From positions 1,008-65,007 of the forward strand of contig JBKPTR010000075.1 in assembly GCA_046735615.1 (NCBI GenBank): 64,000 nucleotides of DNA, in the 5' to 3' direction. The notes beneath the pieces were generated by a model that was given only the letters and a program-made list of their open reading frames with translations, did not search any database and was not told where the DNA came from. Made by a program: the position numbers and the translations under genes. Origin of the DNA: Actinomycetota bacterium. GTDB lineage: Bacteria > Actinomycetota > Actinomycetes > Propionibacteriales > Propionibacteriaceae. Shown here piece by piece: positions 51,524-61,790 of the stretch. Every line of letters starts with the position of its first letter. Position 1 is the stretch's first letter.

Positions 51524-52936
51524 TCAAGGGTCAGTAACAAGATCGGTACGTGATTGTTGTGTTCGAGCCGCTGGGAGCCTCAACTCCGCACGCGTGCTCC
51601 ACGGAGCCTCCACCGCAGTGAACGCGACGGTGCCGCCTGCTCGAATGACCAGCTCACGGACGATGGCCAGGCCCAGACCTGCACCCCCCGAGTTGCGACC
51701 TCGAGCGTCATCGAGCCTGGTGAAGCGCTCGAAGACCCGCTCCCTATCCTCTGGTGCGATGCCCGGGCCGTCGTCGCTGACGCTGATCACGGCCCAACTC
51801 TGATCAACTCTGGCGGCTACTTCCACCTGCGTTCGCGCGTGCCGCACCGCATTGTCAACCAGATTCCCCACCGCCCGATGCAGCTCATCGGCATCGACCA
51901 TGATCATCACCGGCTGGTTCGCGACGAGTGTTACTGGGACTCGAGCGGCTGCGTACGCCCCGGCCACCTCGATAACAAGATCGCGAGCATCGATGCGGGC
52001 CAGCCGTGCAGGTGGCTTGGTGTCGGCGTCGGCACGCGCCAGCAGGAGCAGGTCCTCGACGAGCCCCGACAGCCGTTTGACGTCCGGCATGAGGTCGCTG
52101 GGTAACGTGCCGCCGTCGCCAAGTCGACCGGCGACCTCAAGCTGCGCCTGGATGCTGGCCAATGGGCTTCGCAGCTCATGAGCCGCATCCGCAACGAACG
52201 AGCGCTGCCGCTCTTGGGCGCCAGCCAGCCGGTCGAGCATCTCGTTGAGGGTGACAGCGAGGGCGCGGATCTCGTCTGCGGCCGGTGGCACCGGAAGCCG
52301 TTCGCGACCACTGGCCGGGTCGCTGAGCCTGCCCTTTCGGCTGATCTGCTCGGCGCCGGCCCGCAGCTGCTCCACCGGTCGCAGTGTCCAGCCGATCACT
52401 CGCCACGCGACGACGGCCAGAGCCCCTAGCAGCAGCGGAAATGTGATGAGCAGTGCGTTCCGGAGAGCCGTACGGGTAGCGAGTACATCGCCATACGGCA
52501 GACCGACGATCACGCTGACCGGGGCCTCAGCGGTGCCTGCCGAGATTGCTTGGACCCGCAACGGCCCAGAGACGCCGACGCGTAACCCGTCGACCAGAAC
52601 GGCCTCGCCCGCGAGAGCCGTTGCCAGCTCGTTTGGCGGCAGCAGAGGGGTCAGCCGGTCGGCAGTCACCGAACCGCCGACAACCCGCTGCTGGCTATCG
52701 ACGACTTGGACCACTTGAGCGCCGGATACGGGAATGGGACTGGGCAGCCGATTTTCGTTGACCATTGCGGCAACCTCTCGGGCGCTGGCCACGGCTTCGT
52801 TGTCCAGGGTGCGATTGACCGAGTACGTCAGTGCACCGAAGAACGCCAGACCGCCCATGATCAACGTGATGCCGACTCCGGCGAGCCCGATGATCATCAG
52901 GCGAGCCCGCAGGCTCAGCGTCCAGAAGCGCTTCAC
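51524..52936 (-). CDS. Sensor histidine kinase (HAMP-HisKA-HATPase)
   Basis: ADAAHELRSP, NLVDNAVRH, DDGPG, GAGLGL. Confidence 0.93.
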   Translation of the reverse strand: MKRFWTLSLRARLMIIGLAGVGITLIMGGLAFFGALTYSVNRTLDNEAVASAREVAAMVNENRLPSPIPVSGAQVVQVVDSQQRVVGGSVTADRLTPLLPPNELATALAGEAVLVDGLRVGVSGPLRVQAISAGTAEAPVSVIVGLPYGDVLATRTALRNALLITFPLLLGALAVVAWRVIGWTLRPVEQLRAGAEQISRKGRLSDPASGRERLPVPPAADEIRALAVTLNEMLDRLAGAQERQRSFVADAAHELRSPLASIQAQLEVAGRLGDGGTLPSDLMPDVKRLSGLVEDLLLLARADADTKPPARLARIDARDLVIEVAGAYAAARVPVTLVANQPVMIMVDADELHRAVGNLVDNAVRHARTQVEVAARVDQSWAVISVSDDGPGIAPEDRERVFERFTRLDDARGRNSGGAGLGLAIVRELVIRAGGTVAFTAVEAPWSTRAELRLPAARTQQSRTDLVTDP

Positions 52937-52952
52937 CTTGTGAGTCCCGTGC

Positions 52953-53609
52953 TCACGCCACCAGCCGATAGCCGAAGCCGCGTACCGTGATCAGACGATC
53001 ATTTCCGATCTTGCGCCGCAGATAACCGACATAGACTTCGACGGCATTGGGCGCGACATCGACGGCGCTGTCCCACACGTGGTCCAGCAACTCACCCTTG
53101 CCGATCACCCGACCGGGGTTGCGGATCAAATACTCCAGCAGCAGAAACTCGCGAGGCGTCAGATCCGCCGGCACCCCATTCACCCAGACCTCACGGCTTG
53201 CAGGGTCTAGTTTCAGGTCACCGGCGGTCAGTACGACCGGCCGCACTCGAGCGCCGCGCCGTAGCAGCGCTCGGATCCGAGCCAGCAGAATGACGAATGA
53301 AAAGGGCTTAGTCAGATAGTCGTCGGCGCCATCGTCGAGAGCGTCGGCCTGGTCGTACTCGCCATCCTTGGCCGACAGCATCAGCACCGGGACCCAGTTT
53401 CCGTGAGCACGTAACCGACGGACCACCTCATATCCCGAGAGCCCCGGGAGCATGACATCGAGCACCACAGCATCGAAGTCGCCGTGCTGCGCCAGCCGTA
53501 GGCCAGCGGCTCCATCCGTCGCACTCTCCACCACGAATCCTTCGGCTCTGAGCCCACGACGCAGCGCGGCAACCATCCGCTCCTCGTCATCGACCAACAG
53601 CACTCGCAC
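52953..53609 (-). CDS. OmpR family response regulator
   Basis: VLLVDDE, LDVMLP, GADDYLTKPF, TVRGFGY; GTG 53609. Confidence 0.93.
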   Translation of the reverse strand: MRVLLVDDEERMVAALRRGLRAEGFVVESATDGAAGLRLAQHGDFDAVVLDVMLPGLSGYEVVRRLRAHGNWVPVLMLSAKDGEYDQADALDDGADDYLTKPFSFVILLARIRALLRRGARVRPVVLTAGDLKLDPASREVWVNGVPADLTPREFLLLEYLIRNPGRVIGKGELLDHVWDSAVDVAPNAVEVYVGYLRRKIGNDRLITVRGFGYRLVA

Positions 53610-53622
53610 ACGCCAAGTATCG

Positions 53623-53740
53623 GCTGCGAGCGTCGGAAAATCGCGCGCCGCCGCACGGAGGAGGAGCAAGCGGAGGCGTCCTTTCCTTCGCGAGCGACGA
53701 CAAAGTAGGCGGCATCCCAAGCGGGATCCGCGCTGAGCGA
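53623..53740 (+). repeat. Copy of the nested-hairpin element with a degenerate right end
   Basis: gctgc GAGCGTCGGAA aatcgcgc gccgcc..GAGGAGGAGCAA gcggagg..ccttcgc GAGCGACGACAA..ggcggc. Confidence 0.85.
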
Positions 53741-53760
53741 GCGAAGTAATCAAACACTGC

Positions 53761-53776
53761 CTCAGGGTTCTCACAG
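53761..53776 (+). promoter_or_regulatory. CTCAG-N6-CACAG direct repeat, candidate OmpR-family box
   Basis: 11-bp spacing, just upstream of AACAAT -10 and the ATG at 53800. Confidence 0.35.
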
Positions 53777-53799
53777 TGAGTGCCGACAACAATTGACGC

Positions 53800-54873
53800 A
53801 TGCGAGTCTTCGCCTCCAAACCAGCGCTGCGCCTACTGGCGCCGCTGGCCGTTGTACTCGTCGTGGCTGGAACCGCCCTGGTTGCGGGCACCGCGAGCGC
53901 TGAAAAGAAACTGCCTGCCCGGACACCGCAGGAGCTGCTGGTCGACCTCCAGCAGGCCAAGACCGACGGGCTGTCCGGCACTGTCGTGGAACGCGCCGAC
54001 CTCGGCATTCCCGCCATTCCAGGCGCGAATGGACAAGACGATGCAGAACTCACGTCCCTCGTGTCGGGCACGCACACGCTTCGCGTGCGATATTCCGCGC
54101 CAGACAAGGCACGCCTGGCGGTTCTCGGCACCTACAGCGAGTACGACATCATCCGAAACGGGAAAGATGTGTGGACCTGGTCCAGCAAGGAGAATGCCGC
54201 CACCCACCGCACATTGACCGCCGATCAGGCCGAGCTGCCCGGCAGCACGCCGTCTGGTACACCCAGGACGCCAGAGGAAGCGGCGAACAGGGTGCTCAAG
54301 GCGCTCGAGCCGACCACGACCGTGACCAGCGACAGCTCGGTGGAGGTTGCCGGCCGCCCGGCGTACGAGCTGGTCCTTGATCCAAACGACTCCAACTCCT
54401 TGATCAGCCAAGCGCGGATCGCGATCGATGGCGAAACCAAAATACCGCTGCGCGTGCAGGTGTTCGGGACCGATAACAAGATCGTCTTCGAGGTTGCCTA
54501 CACCTCGGTGGACTTCACCCGGCCCGATGATGCCGAGTTCGTCTTCAACCCGCCGCCGGGAGCCAAGGTGACAGAGATCCAGCCGAGCGAGCAGACGCCG
54601 AGTGCGCAAGATCGCAAACATGCGGAGGGGGCCAGGAAGGTCATCGGTACCGGCTGGACCGCAGTGACCGTGACCAAGGTAGGCGAACCTTCGAACAGCC
54701 AAAGTGATCAGCAGCTCAAGGCGTTCCTGAACAAGCTGCAGCAGGTGCAGGGCTCATGGGGTTCCGGACGGCTGCTCGCCGGTACAGCTTTCTCCGCAGT
54801 GTGGACCGACGACGGCCGGTTGGCTGTCGGCGCCGTGCGGCCAGAGGTGATCTACCAGGCGCTCAACAAGTGA
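53800..54873 (+). CDS. Exported LolA-like (DUF2092-type) protein
   Basis: Signal peptide ending ASA; SGTHTLRV, VAGRPAYELVLDP, IAIDGETKIPLRV, FNPPPGAKV. Confidence 0.8.
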   Translation: MRVFASKPALRLLAPLAVVLVVAGTALVAGTASAEKKLPARTPQELLVDLQQAKTDGLSGTVVERADLGIPAIPGANGQDDAELTSLVSGTHTLRVRYSAPDKARLAVLGTYSEYDIIRNGKDVWTWSSKENAATHRTLTADQAELPGSTPSGTPRTPEEAANRVLKALEPTTTVTSDSSVEVAGRPAYELVLDPNDSNSLISQARIAIDGETKIPLRVQVFGTDNKIVFEVAYTSVDFTRPDDAEFVFNPPPGAKVTEIQPSEQTPSAQDRKHAEGARKVIGTGWTAVTVTKVGEPSNSQSDQQLKAFLNKLQQVQGSWGSGRLLAGTAFSAVWTDDGRLAVGAVRPEVIYQALNK

Positions 54874-55817
54874 CATCAGCTCTCGCCGATTCGCCGCCCA
54901 TCGTCACCGGCGGGCTGACCAAGCGATTTCGGCGCCAAATCGCCGTCGATCACATCGATCTGGAGGTCCCGGGTGGCGCGGTCTACGGCTTCTTGGGTCC
55001 GAACGGCTCAGGCAAGACCACCACGATCCGGATGCTTCTCGGCCTGATCTCCCCGACGGACGGTGAGATCTCACTACTGGGCTCGAAGATGCCCGCTGGT
55101 GCCCGTACCGTGCTGCGGCGCATCGGCTCACTGGTGGAGGGACCGGCCTTCCACCCATATCTCTCTGGGCGTGCCAACCTCGCCAGGCTCGATGCCGCTG
55201 ATCGCTATAGCGACCCACGGACGTCGAAAGTGCGGATCGACAGCGCCCTCGACCGGGTGGGCTTGCTGGCCGCCGCGGAAAAACGCTATCGGGCGTACTC
55301 GCTCGGCATGCGTCAGCGGCTCGCGATCGCGAACTCACTTTTGATGCCGCGTGACCTACTGGTGCTGGACGAGCCCACTAACGGGCTCGACCCGCAGGGC
55401 ACTCGGGAGGTCCGCCACCTCATCAGCGAGCTAGCGCGCGACGGGGCCACCGTGTTGGTCTCCAGCCACCTGCTTGCCGAGGTGGAGCAGATCTGCAGCC
55501 ATGTTGGGGTGATGTATGACGGGCGGCTGGTGGCGCAAGGGCCGCTGAGCGAGCTCCGCGCGGACACGGTACAGACCGTACGCGTTGACACCGACCGGAC
55601 CGAGGACGCGACGCGGGTGCTGAGCGAGCTGGGTTTGAGCGAGATCACAAGCTCGTCTGGATATGTGACCGCAACGCTCGGCGATGTGGCGGTCGAAAAG
55701 ATCGTGCCCAACCTGGTGAACGGCTGCGTACCAGTACTGGGGTTCGCGGTACTGCGGCCGAGCCTTGAGGACGTGTTCGTATCTCTGACAGGGGAGGGAT
55801 TCGATGTCAGCGGCTGA
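54870..55817 (+). CDS. ABC transporter ATP-binding protein
   Basis: GPNGSGKT, YSLGMRQR, LDEPTNGLD; GTGA overlap. Confidence 0.92.
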   Translation: MTSALADSPPIVTGGLTKRFRRQIAVDHIDLEVPGGAVYGFLGPNGSGKTTTIRMLLGLISPTDGEISLLGSKMPAGARTVLRRIGSLVEGPAFHPYLSGRANLARLDAADRYSDPRTSKVRIDSALDRVGLLAAAEKRYRAYSLGMRQRLAIANSLLMPRDLLVLDEPTNGLDPQGTREVRHLISELARDGATVLVSSHLLAEVEQICSHVGVMYDGRLVAQGPLSELRADTVQTVRVDTDRTEDATRVLSELGLSEITSSSGYVTATLGDVAVEKIVPNLVNGCVPVLGFAVLRPSLEDVFVSLTGEGFDVSG

Positions 55818-56661
55818 GGTCCTTGTCGTCGCGAACCCGCCTCGGGCGCGGGTGTCCACTCGATTCCTCCGGTCGGAACTCAAGATCATCTTCGGCCGGC
55901 GGCGCAACATCGCCGGCCTCGGTGTGCTCGCCGTTGTTCCGGTGATCTTGGCCGTCTCGGTTCGTGCCTCCTCGGGGAGCCAGGGCGCTGGGCCAGACTT
56001 CATCATCGGAATCACTGGCAATGGGTTGTTTGTGGCATTCGCGGCGCTGGCCTTGGAGTTGCCATTGTTCTTGCCCTTGGCAGTCAGCGCCATCTCCGGC
56101 GACGCGGTCGCAGGCGAGGCGAACCTCGGTACGTTGCGTTATCTGCTGGCGATCCCAGCGGGCCGCACCCGGCTGCTGGTGATCAAGTACGCCGCGATTG
56201 TCATGTTCGCTGTGGCGGCGACGTTCCTGGTGGCGCTCGTCGGGTCGATCATGGGCCTGGCGCTTTTCGGCACTGGTGACATGACGCTGCTTTCCGGGAC
56301 TCAGACCTCGCTCGCAGATGGCTTGTGGCGGTTGTTGTTGAGTTCGCTGTACCTTGCGGTCGGGTACTCGGCACTGGGCGCGATCGGATTGTTTGTCTCA
56401 ACCCTGACCGAGCAGCCGATCGGCGCAACCATCGCGATCGTGCTGGTGAATGTGCTGATGTTCGTCCTCGACTCGATCGCACAGTTGGACTGGCTGCACC
56501 CATGGCTGCTGACACACTGGTGGACCGCGTTCGGTGATCTGCTGCGCGACCCGATCGCCACCGAGTCGATTCAGCGCGGGATGGTCACAGCTCTGGTGTA
56601 CGCCGGCGTCTTCTGGGTCGCTGCTTGGGCCAGGTTGTCAACCAAGGACATCTCGAGCTAA
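55804..56661 (+). CDS. ABC-2 type permease
   Basis: GEANLGTLRYLL motif; six TM segments. Confidence 0.9.
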   Translation: MSAAEVLVVANPPRARVSTRFLRSELKIIFGRRRNIAGLGVLAVVPVILAVSVRASSGSQGAGPDFIIGITGNGLFVAFAALALELPLFLPLAVSAISGDAVAGEANLGTLRYLLAIPAGRTRLLVIKYAAIVMFAVAATFLVALVGSIMGLALFGTGDMTLLSGTQTSLADGLWRLLLSSLYLAVGYSALGAIGLFVSTLTEQPIGATIAIVLVNVLMFVLDSIAQLDWLHPWLLTHWWTAFGDLLRDPIATESIQRGMVTALVYAGVFWVAAWARLSTKDISS

Positions 56662-56821
56662 TTCGAGTCTGGCCGACGCCTGATGGTCGGAACCGACGTC
56701 CACCTAGGTTTCGCGAGGTCTGCACCGTTTGCTACCTCTGCAAACCGTCAGGAATCTGCGTGAACGCAGCGTTCCCGCATGAGATGGCGGCCCGTGAGGT
56801 CCGGCTATATTTGCCAAGATC

Positions 56822-57559
56822 ATGACGGAGTCGGCTTTGAAGCGAGTAGAGCGGCGTACGCGGCGAGAAGTCGTCTCGTTCGTGCGACGCAGTAACCGCA
56901 TGCGCCCTAACCAGCGGCGCGCGTGGGAGACCTACCGGGATCGTTACGTCCTCGATGTCCCCCGCTTGGACACCTCCACCTCAATCCATCCGGCCGCTGC
57001 GATTGATCTCATCGAGGTGTTCGGGCGTGTTGCAGAGCTGATCGTTGAGATCGGGCCCGGTACCGGCGACTCCCTGATCCCAATGGCGGCGGCTCGGCCG
57101 CAGGCGAACGTTCTAGCGCTCGAGGTCTACCAGCCCGCCATCGCGCGCATGCTCTCTCAGCTGGCGCGGACCGGCCTTGACAATGTCCGGATTGTCGAGG
57201 CGGATGCCGTGCCCGCTCTGGAGTATCTGCTACCGGCCGGATCGGTCGACGAGATCTGGTTGTTCTTTCCCGATCCCTGGCACAAGGCGCGCCATCATAA
57301 GCGCCGGTTGTTGACTCCCGAGTTCGCCGCACTGGCTGCCTCTCGGTTGAGGCCTGGCGGAACCTGGCGGATTGCGACCGACTGGAGTGACTACGCGGAT
57401 CGGATTCGTGAGGTTCTGGACAACGATCCGTTCTTCGTCAACTTGCATCCCAACGGCTGGGCGCCGCGATGGACCGCAAGGCCCATCACCCACTTCGAGC
57501 AGCGGGGTCTGGACGCCCGGCGGCAGATCTTCGACCTTGCCTATCGCCGTGTCGGCTGA
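56822..57559 (+). CDS. trmB: tRNA (guanine-N7)-methyltransferase
   Basis: EIGPGTG, FPDPWHKARHHKRR, ATDW, THFE. Confidence 0.95.
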   Translation: MTESALKRVERRTRREVVSFVRRSNRMRPNQRRAWETYRDRYVLDVPRLDTSTSIHPAAAIDLIEVFGRVAELIVEIGPGTGDSLIPMAAARPQANVLALEVYQPAIARMLSQLARTGLDNVRIVEADAVPALEYLLPAGSVDEIWLFFPDPWHKARHHKRRLLTPEFAALAASRLRPGGTWRIATDWSDYADRIREVLDNDPFFVNLHPNGWAPRWTARPITHFEQRGLDARRQIFDLAYRRVG

Positions 57560-58406
57560 GCCGGACGAGTCGTCCAAGGTCCGATGGCGGCTTGACCTCA
57601 GCTATGACGGGACGGACTTTTCGGGCTGGGCCGCTCAGGTCGGGCGGCGTACCGTGCAAGGCGAGCTGGAGAGCTGGATCACCCGGATTCTGCGACTGGA
57701 GGAGCCCGCCGAGCTCGTCTGCGCCGGCCGTACTGACGCAGGGGTGCATGCTCGAGGCCAAGTTGCCCACATGGATCTGGATCCGATGGTGATCAGCGAC
57801 CGCGGGGATGCGCTCACCCGTCGGCTGAACAAGGTGCTGGGCGGCGAGTGTGTAGTGCGTCGGATTTCAGCGGCTCCGCCAGGATTCGACGCCCGGTTTG
57901 CGGCGGTTTGGCGGCGCTACATCTACCGACTGAGCGATGCAGAGGCGCCGCCGGATCCTCTGTACCGGTATCAGATTGCCCAGGTACACACCGAAGTCGA
58001 TCTTGCTCGGCTGAACGGCGAAGCTGCGGCCCTGCTTGGTCTGAGGGATTTCGGTGCTTTCTGTCGCCGCCGGGAGGGAGCCAGCACGATCCGGACTCTG
58101 CTCGAGCTGGCTGGTCGACGCGTACCTTCCGGTCCCATGGCCGGTGTCGTCGAGTGCACCGTACGCGCCGATGCCTTCTGCCACTCGATGGTGCGATCGC
58201 TTGTCGGGGCGCTGGTCGCGGTCGCCACTGGTCAGCGTGATCATGAATGGCTGGCCGGGGTCACCGAGCGGGGAGTCCGTGACTCGAGGATTACAGTGAT
58301 GCCGGCAGCCGGGCTCACCCTGGAAGAGGTCGGCTACCCGCCTGATCATGAACTGGCGAAGCGCGCACTCGAGGCACGCGCCATGCGGGAGGCGAGCCGA
58401 TCATGA
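57549..58406 (+). CDS. truA: tRNA pseudouridine(38-40) synthase
   Basis: YDGTDFSGW, AGRTDAGVHARGQ, FCHSMVR. Confidence 0.96.
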   Translation: MSAEPDESSKVRWRLDLSYDGTDFSGWAAQVGRRTVQGELESWITRILRLEEPAELVCAGRTDAGVHARGQVAHMDLDPMVISDRGDALTRRLNKVLGGECVVRRISAAPPGFDARFAAVWRRYIYRLSDAEAPPDPLYRYQIAQVHTEVDLARLNGEAAALLGLRDFGAFCRRREGASTIRTLLELAGRRVPSGPMAGVVECTVRADAFCHSMVRSLVGALVAVATGQRDHEWLAGVTERGVRDSRITVMPAAGLTLEEVGYPPDHELAKRALEARAMREASRS

Positions 58407-59011
58407 CACCGCGCGAGCCCTCCCAGTACTTCAGCGAGCAGCCGAGCGGCACTGAGGTACGGCGTACGATCACTGCACGCGTCTGGGGCCGAGAGCTGCC
58501 GTTGATCACGGCCAGCGGAGTGTTCGCTGCCGATGGTCTTGATCGCGGCACTGCCGTGCTGCTGCGCGCATCACCGATACCGGAGGGGAGCCCGCGGATC
58601 CTGGACCTTGGCTGCGGGTATGGCCCGATCGCGCTCGCTGTGGCCGTGCACTGTCCTGGTGCGCTCGTAGACGCGGTTGACGTGAACGAGCGCGCACTCG
58701 CTCTGTGCCGTGACAATGCGGACGCGCTCGATGTGGCGGACCGAGTTCGTGCGTTGCGGCCGGATGAGGTTGATCCAAAGACTCGCTACGACGAGATCTG
58801 GTCAAATCCTCCAATCCGAATCGGCAAGCAGGCTTTGCACGAACTATTGCTTACCTGGCTGCCACGGCTCGCGCCCGACGGTGTCGCACGCCTGGTGGTA
58901 GGCAAGAACCTCGGCGCGGACACTCTGCAGCGATGGCTGATCGAGCAGGGCTACGCATGCGAGCGGGTCGCCTCAGCCAAAGGCTTCCGGGTTCTTGTGG
59001 TCCGCAGTTAG
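58403..59011 (+). CDS. Small methyltransferase (RsmC/MTS family)
   Basis: SGVF..DRGT, DLGCGYG, SNPPIRIGK. Confidence 0.88.
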   Translation: MTPREPSQYFSEQPSGTEVRRTITARVWGRELPLITASGVFAADGLDRGTAVLLRASPIPEGSPRILDLGCGYGPIALAVAVHCPGALVDAVDVNERALALCRDNADALDVADRVRALRPDEVDPKTRYDEIWSNPPIRIGKQALHELLLTWLPRLAPDGVARLVVGKNLGADTLQRWLIEQGYACERVASAKGFRVLVVRS

Positions 59012-59263
59012 CCCTGAAAACTTCACGCCAGCGGACGCTCTTGGTGCCAACTACGCTCAGAAAATGTGACCCGGGCCACCTGGAGTGAAGGAGTGAAGTT
59101 TCCAGGGTGTCGCACTGGCTGGAGCGCGTTGTTCGAGCAGCCACTAATTGGGTAGCTATGCCATGGATTCAACTGAGGGGGCTGTGACTCAGCTGGATAG
59201 CCCCAGTCGTAGCATGAGCGTCAGTTTGACTCCTGACCTGCACCACGAGCCGAGAGGACTGGA

Positions 59264-59890
59264 ATGGCTGCCTACGAACTCCCTGATCTTCCCTACGACT
59301 ACGGCGCATTGGCACCCCACATCTCCGGCGAGATCATGGAACTGCATCACTCCAAGCACCACGCCACCTACGTCAAGGGGCTGAACACCGCTCTGGAGAA
59401 GCTCGAAGAGGCACGCGAGACCGACTCGTTTGATGCTGTGGCCGGCCTGGAGAAGAACCTCGCCTTCAATCTCGGTGGACACATCAACCACTCGGTGTTC
59501 TGGCCCAACATGTCACCCGACGGCGGTGACAAGCCAGACGGTGACCTGGCCGCGGCGATCGATGATTACTTCGGGAACTTCGACAAATTCCGCGCGCATT
59601 TCGAGGCGAACGCCACCGCCATCCAAGGTTCGGGCTGGTCGATGCTCGTCTGGGACACGCTGGGCCAACGGCTGAACATCGTGCAGCTGTACGACCAGCA
59701 GTCAAACCTTCCGCTCGCCCAGATCCCGATCGTGCTGCTCGACATGTGGGAGCATGCGTTCTACCTGCAGTACAAGAATGTCAAGGGCGACTACGCCAAG
59801 GCATGGTGGAACGTGGTCAACTGGGCCGACGCCCAGGCCCGCTTCTCCGCTGCCAGGGCACAAACCGCGGGACTGATCGCGCCTCAGTGA
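59264..59890 (+). CDS. sodA: Fe/Mn superoxide dismutase
   Basis: [28 protein letters not shown]. Confidence 0.95.
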   Translation: MAAYELPDLPYDYGALAPHISGEIMELHHSKHHATYVKGLNTALEKLEEARETDSFDAVAGLEKNLAFNLGGHINHSVFWPNMSPDGGDKPDGDLAAAIDDYFGNFDKFRAHFEANATAIQGSGWSMLVWDTLGQRLNIVQLYDQQSNLPLAQIPIVLLDMWEHAFYLQYKNVKGDYAKAWWNVVNWADAQARFSAARAQTAGLIAPQ

Positions 59891-59902
59891 TCAACTTCGG
59901 AG

Positions 59903-60550
59903 CTAGGGCGACAGCCTGCTGAGGTTCCAGGTCAGTCCGGCGCGCTGGTAGAGCAGCCGGTCGTGCATTCGGCTCGGTTGCCCTTGCCAAAACTCGATCA
60001 TGGTCGGAGTCACCCGATAACCGCCCCAGTGCTCAGGGCACGGTACCGTGACACCGCGGAACCGGCGCTCAACCGCCGCGTACGCGCGCGTCAGCTCGTC
60101 AAGCGAGGGCACCGTGGCGGACTGCTCAGACGCCCAAGCTCCCAGCTGTGAATCTCGAGGCCGGGTCGCAAAGTAGGCCTCAGACTCCGCCCGAGGCACG
60201 AGTTCCGCTGTCCCCTCGGCACGGACCTGCCGATGCAGCGGATACCAGCCGAAGAGCAGCGCGACGTTCCGATTCCGGCTCAGCTCGCTGCCCTTCCGCG
60301 AGTTGTAGTTGGTGAAGAAAGTGAAGCCCTGGTCCGAGACGTTCTTGAGCAGCACGGTACGAGTCGATGGCTGGTTATCGACGCAGGTCGCGATCACCAT
60401 CGCGGTCGGCTCCGGCAGCAGTCCTCGCTCTTTGGCTATGAACGCGTCGGCCAACCAGGCGTCGAACAGCACGAACGGATCCGCTGGCGCAGTCGACTCC
60501 AATAGGTGCTGACCCTTGTACTCCGTGCGCTCGCCGAACAGATCCTGCAT
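59903..60550 (-). CDS. pdxH: Pyridoxamine 5'-phosphate oxidase
   Basis: RTVLLK, FFTNYNSRKG, EFWQGQPSRMHDR, RLSP. Confidence 0.95.
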   Translation of the reverse strand: MQDLFGERTEYKGQHLLESTAPADPFVLFDAWLADAFIAKERGLLPEPTAMVIATCVDNQPSTRTVLLKNVSDQGFTFFTNYNSRKGSELSRNRNVALLFGWYPLHRQVRAEGTAELVPRAESEAYFATRPRDSQLGAWASEQSATVPSLDELTRAYAAVERRFRGVTVPCPEHWGGYRVTPTMIEFWQGQPSRMHDRLLYQRAGLTWNLSRLSP

Positions 60551-60578
60551 GTAAATCAGTCTTACGCAACTTCCAGAG

Positions 60579-60762
60579 GCTGCTCGCGCAATATCTGATT
60601 GCTCGCTCCGCTCGCGCGGATCGCGCTTTGAAGCCGCTGCCTTCCTCTCTCACTCGCAGACGAGAAGCGTGTCTGCTCGTCCGTTCGTCCAGGACAGCGG
60701 CGCGCGATCCGCAATATCTGATTGCTCGCTCCGCTCGCGCGGATCGCGCTTTGAAGCCGCTG
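60579..60762 (-). repeat. Variant copy of the nested-hairpin element with a 53-bp exact direct duplication
   Basis: gcggatcgcgc/gcgcgatccgc, gccgctg/cagcggc, gcagac/gtctgc stems; 60587-60639 equals 60710-60762. Confidence 0.88.
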
Positions 60763-60764
60763 TC

Positions 60765-61736
60765 TCAACTTGAGTTTCGCACGAACGCGACAACGCTGCC
60801 TGCGACAAGCGCTACGAAGGCAGCTAGGCCGATCGCGAGCAGCGTTCCCTGCTGATTTTGGATGGCGTTGGCTTGCTCCTCGGGGACGTCGCCTTCGCTG
60901 CCTGGATCGGAGTTGGGCGATGGAGCCGGAGTGGCCTCACTAGGAACTGGTACGGAGTACACCTTGGACTTCTTGCCCTCGCTGCCAACCAGTAGCGACT
61001 TCTCGTCCAAGCTGAGCGTCAGCGATTCCGCCTGTGGCTGATCGGGGATCGGGGCGCTTGCCACCACCTCGTAGCTGGTGGCATCGATGACCTCCACCGA
61101 GTTGTAGGTCAGCAGGGCTATCCGCGCTCCGCCGGGTAGGAAAGTCCCGTCGGTGACGTTGGATGGTGCCGCACCGACCTTCTCAAGCTTGTTGACGCCT
61201 TGGCGGCGCGGTCTCATCGGAGCCTCATATATGGCGGCCTTCCGTCCCTTCGTCACGATGAAGAGCCGACCAGAGTCATCGACGAGGAGCGTCTCGGCGT
61301 TGTGCGATCCATCTGGATAGCGGAAGTCGTACGCGTAGTAGGTCACCGTCAGGCCGTTGGCTCTTGGGTTCTTGAAGAAGTAGACCCGGACGGAACTGCG
61401 CTTGCGGCTGTTGTCGCCAATATCGGCAACGTAAAGTCGATCCCCGTGCACCGCGACGGCCTCGACATCTTGTGGTTCGGCTCGAAAGTTGAGGGTGCCC
61501 TGGACCTTGCCGTCGAGCCCGATGCCGTACGCGACGCCCCGGTCGCCTGAGTCGTTGACCGTCCAATACACGCTGCCGTCCGGGTCGACGGCGAGACCAC
61601 TGGACTCAGTGATACGCGCGTCCTTGATAGTGAATGCGACGGTGTCTTCGGCTCCGGCAACCGTTGGGGCGACGGCAAGGAATACGGCTGCCAGCAGCAG
61701 CAGCACGAGGCGCCTCCCCCCGCGCATCAGTGCCAT
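60765..61736 (-). CDS. Secreted, C-terminally anchored beta-propeller-like protein
   Basis: Signal peptide; ESSGL, NDSGD, DVEA, DIGDN motifs; Pro-rich linker and C-terminal TM. Confidence 0.75.
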   Translation of the reverse strand: MALMRGGRRLVLLLLAAVFLAVAPTVAGAEDTVAFTIKDARITESSGLAVDPDGSVYWTVNDSGDRGVAYGIGLDGKVQGTLNFRAEPQDVEAVAVHGDRLYVADIGDNSRKRSSVRVYFFKNPRANGLTVTYYAYDFRYPDGSHNAETLLVDDSGRLFIVTKGRKAAIYEAPMRPRRQGVNKLEKVGAAPSNVTDGTFLPGGARIALLTYNSVEVIDATSYEVVASAPIPDQPQAESLTLSLDEKSLLVGSEGKKSKVYSVPVPSEATPAPSPNSDPGSEGDVPEEQANAIQNQQGTLLAIGLAAFVALVAGSVVAFVRNSS

Positions 61737-61790
61737 CGTGCTGATCCCTTTCACCAAACCTCGCGCACGGAGGCGTGCGCGACGGAGCCT

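Noticed and set aside
56662-56821. Possible structured RNA upstream of trmB
   Set aside because: Only short GC stems, with no recognisable riboswitch consensus.
59065-59080. CRP-like site TGTGA-N6-CCACC upstream of sodA
   Set aside because: The right half-site matches poorly, so it cannot be separated from chance.
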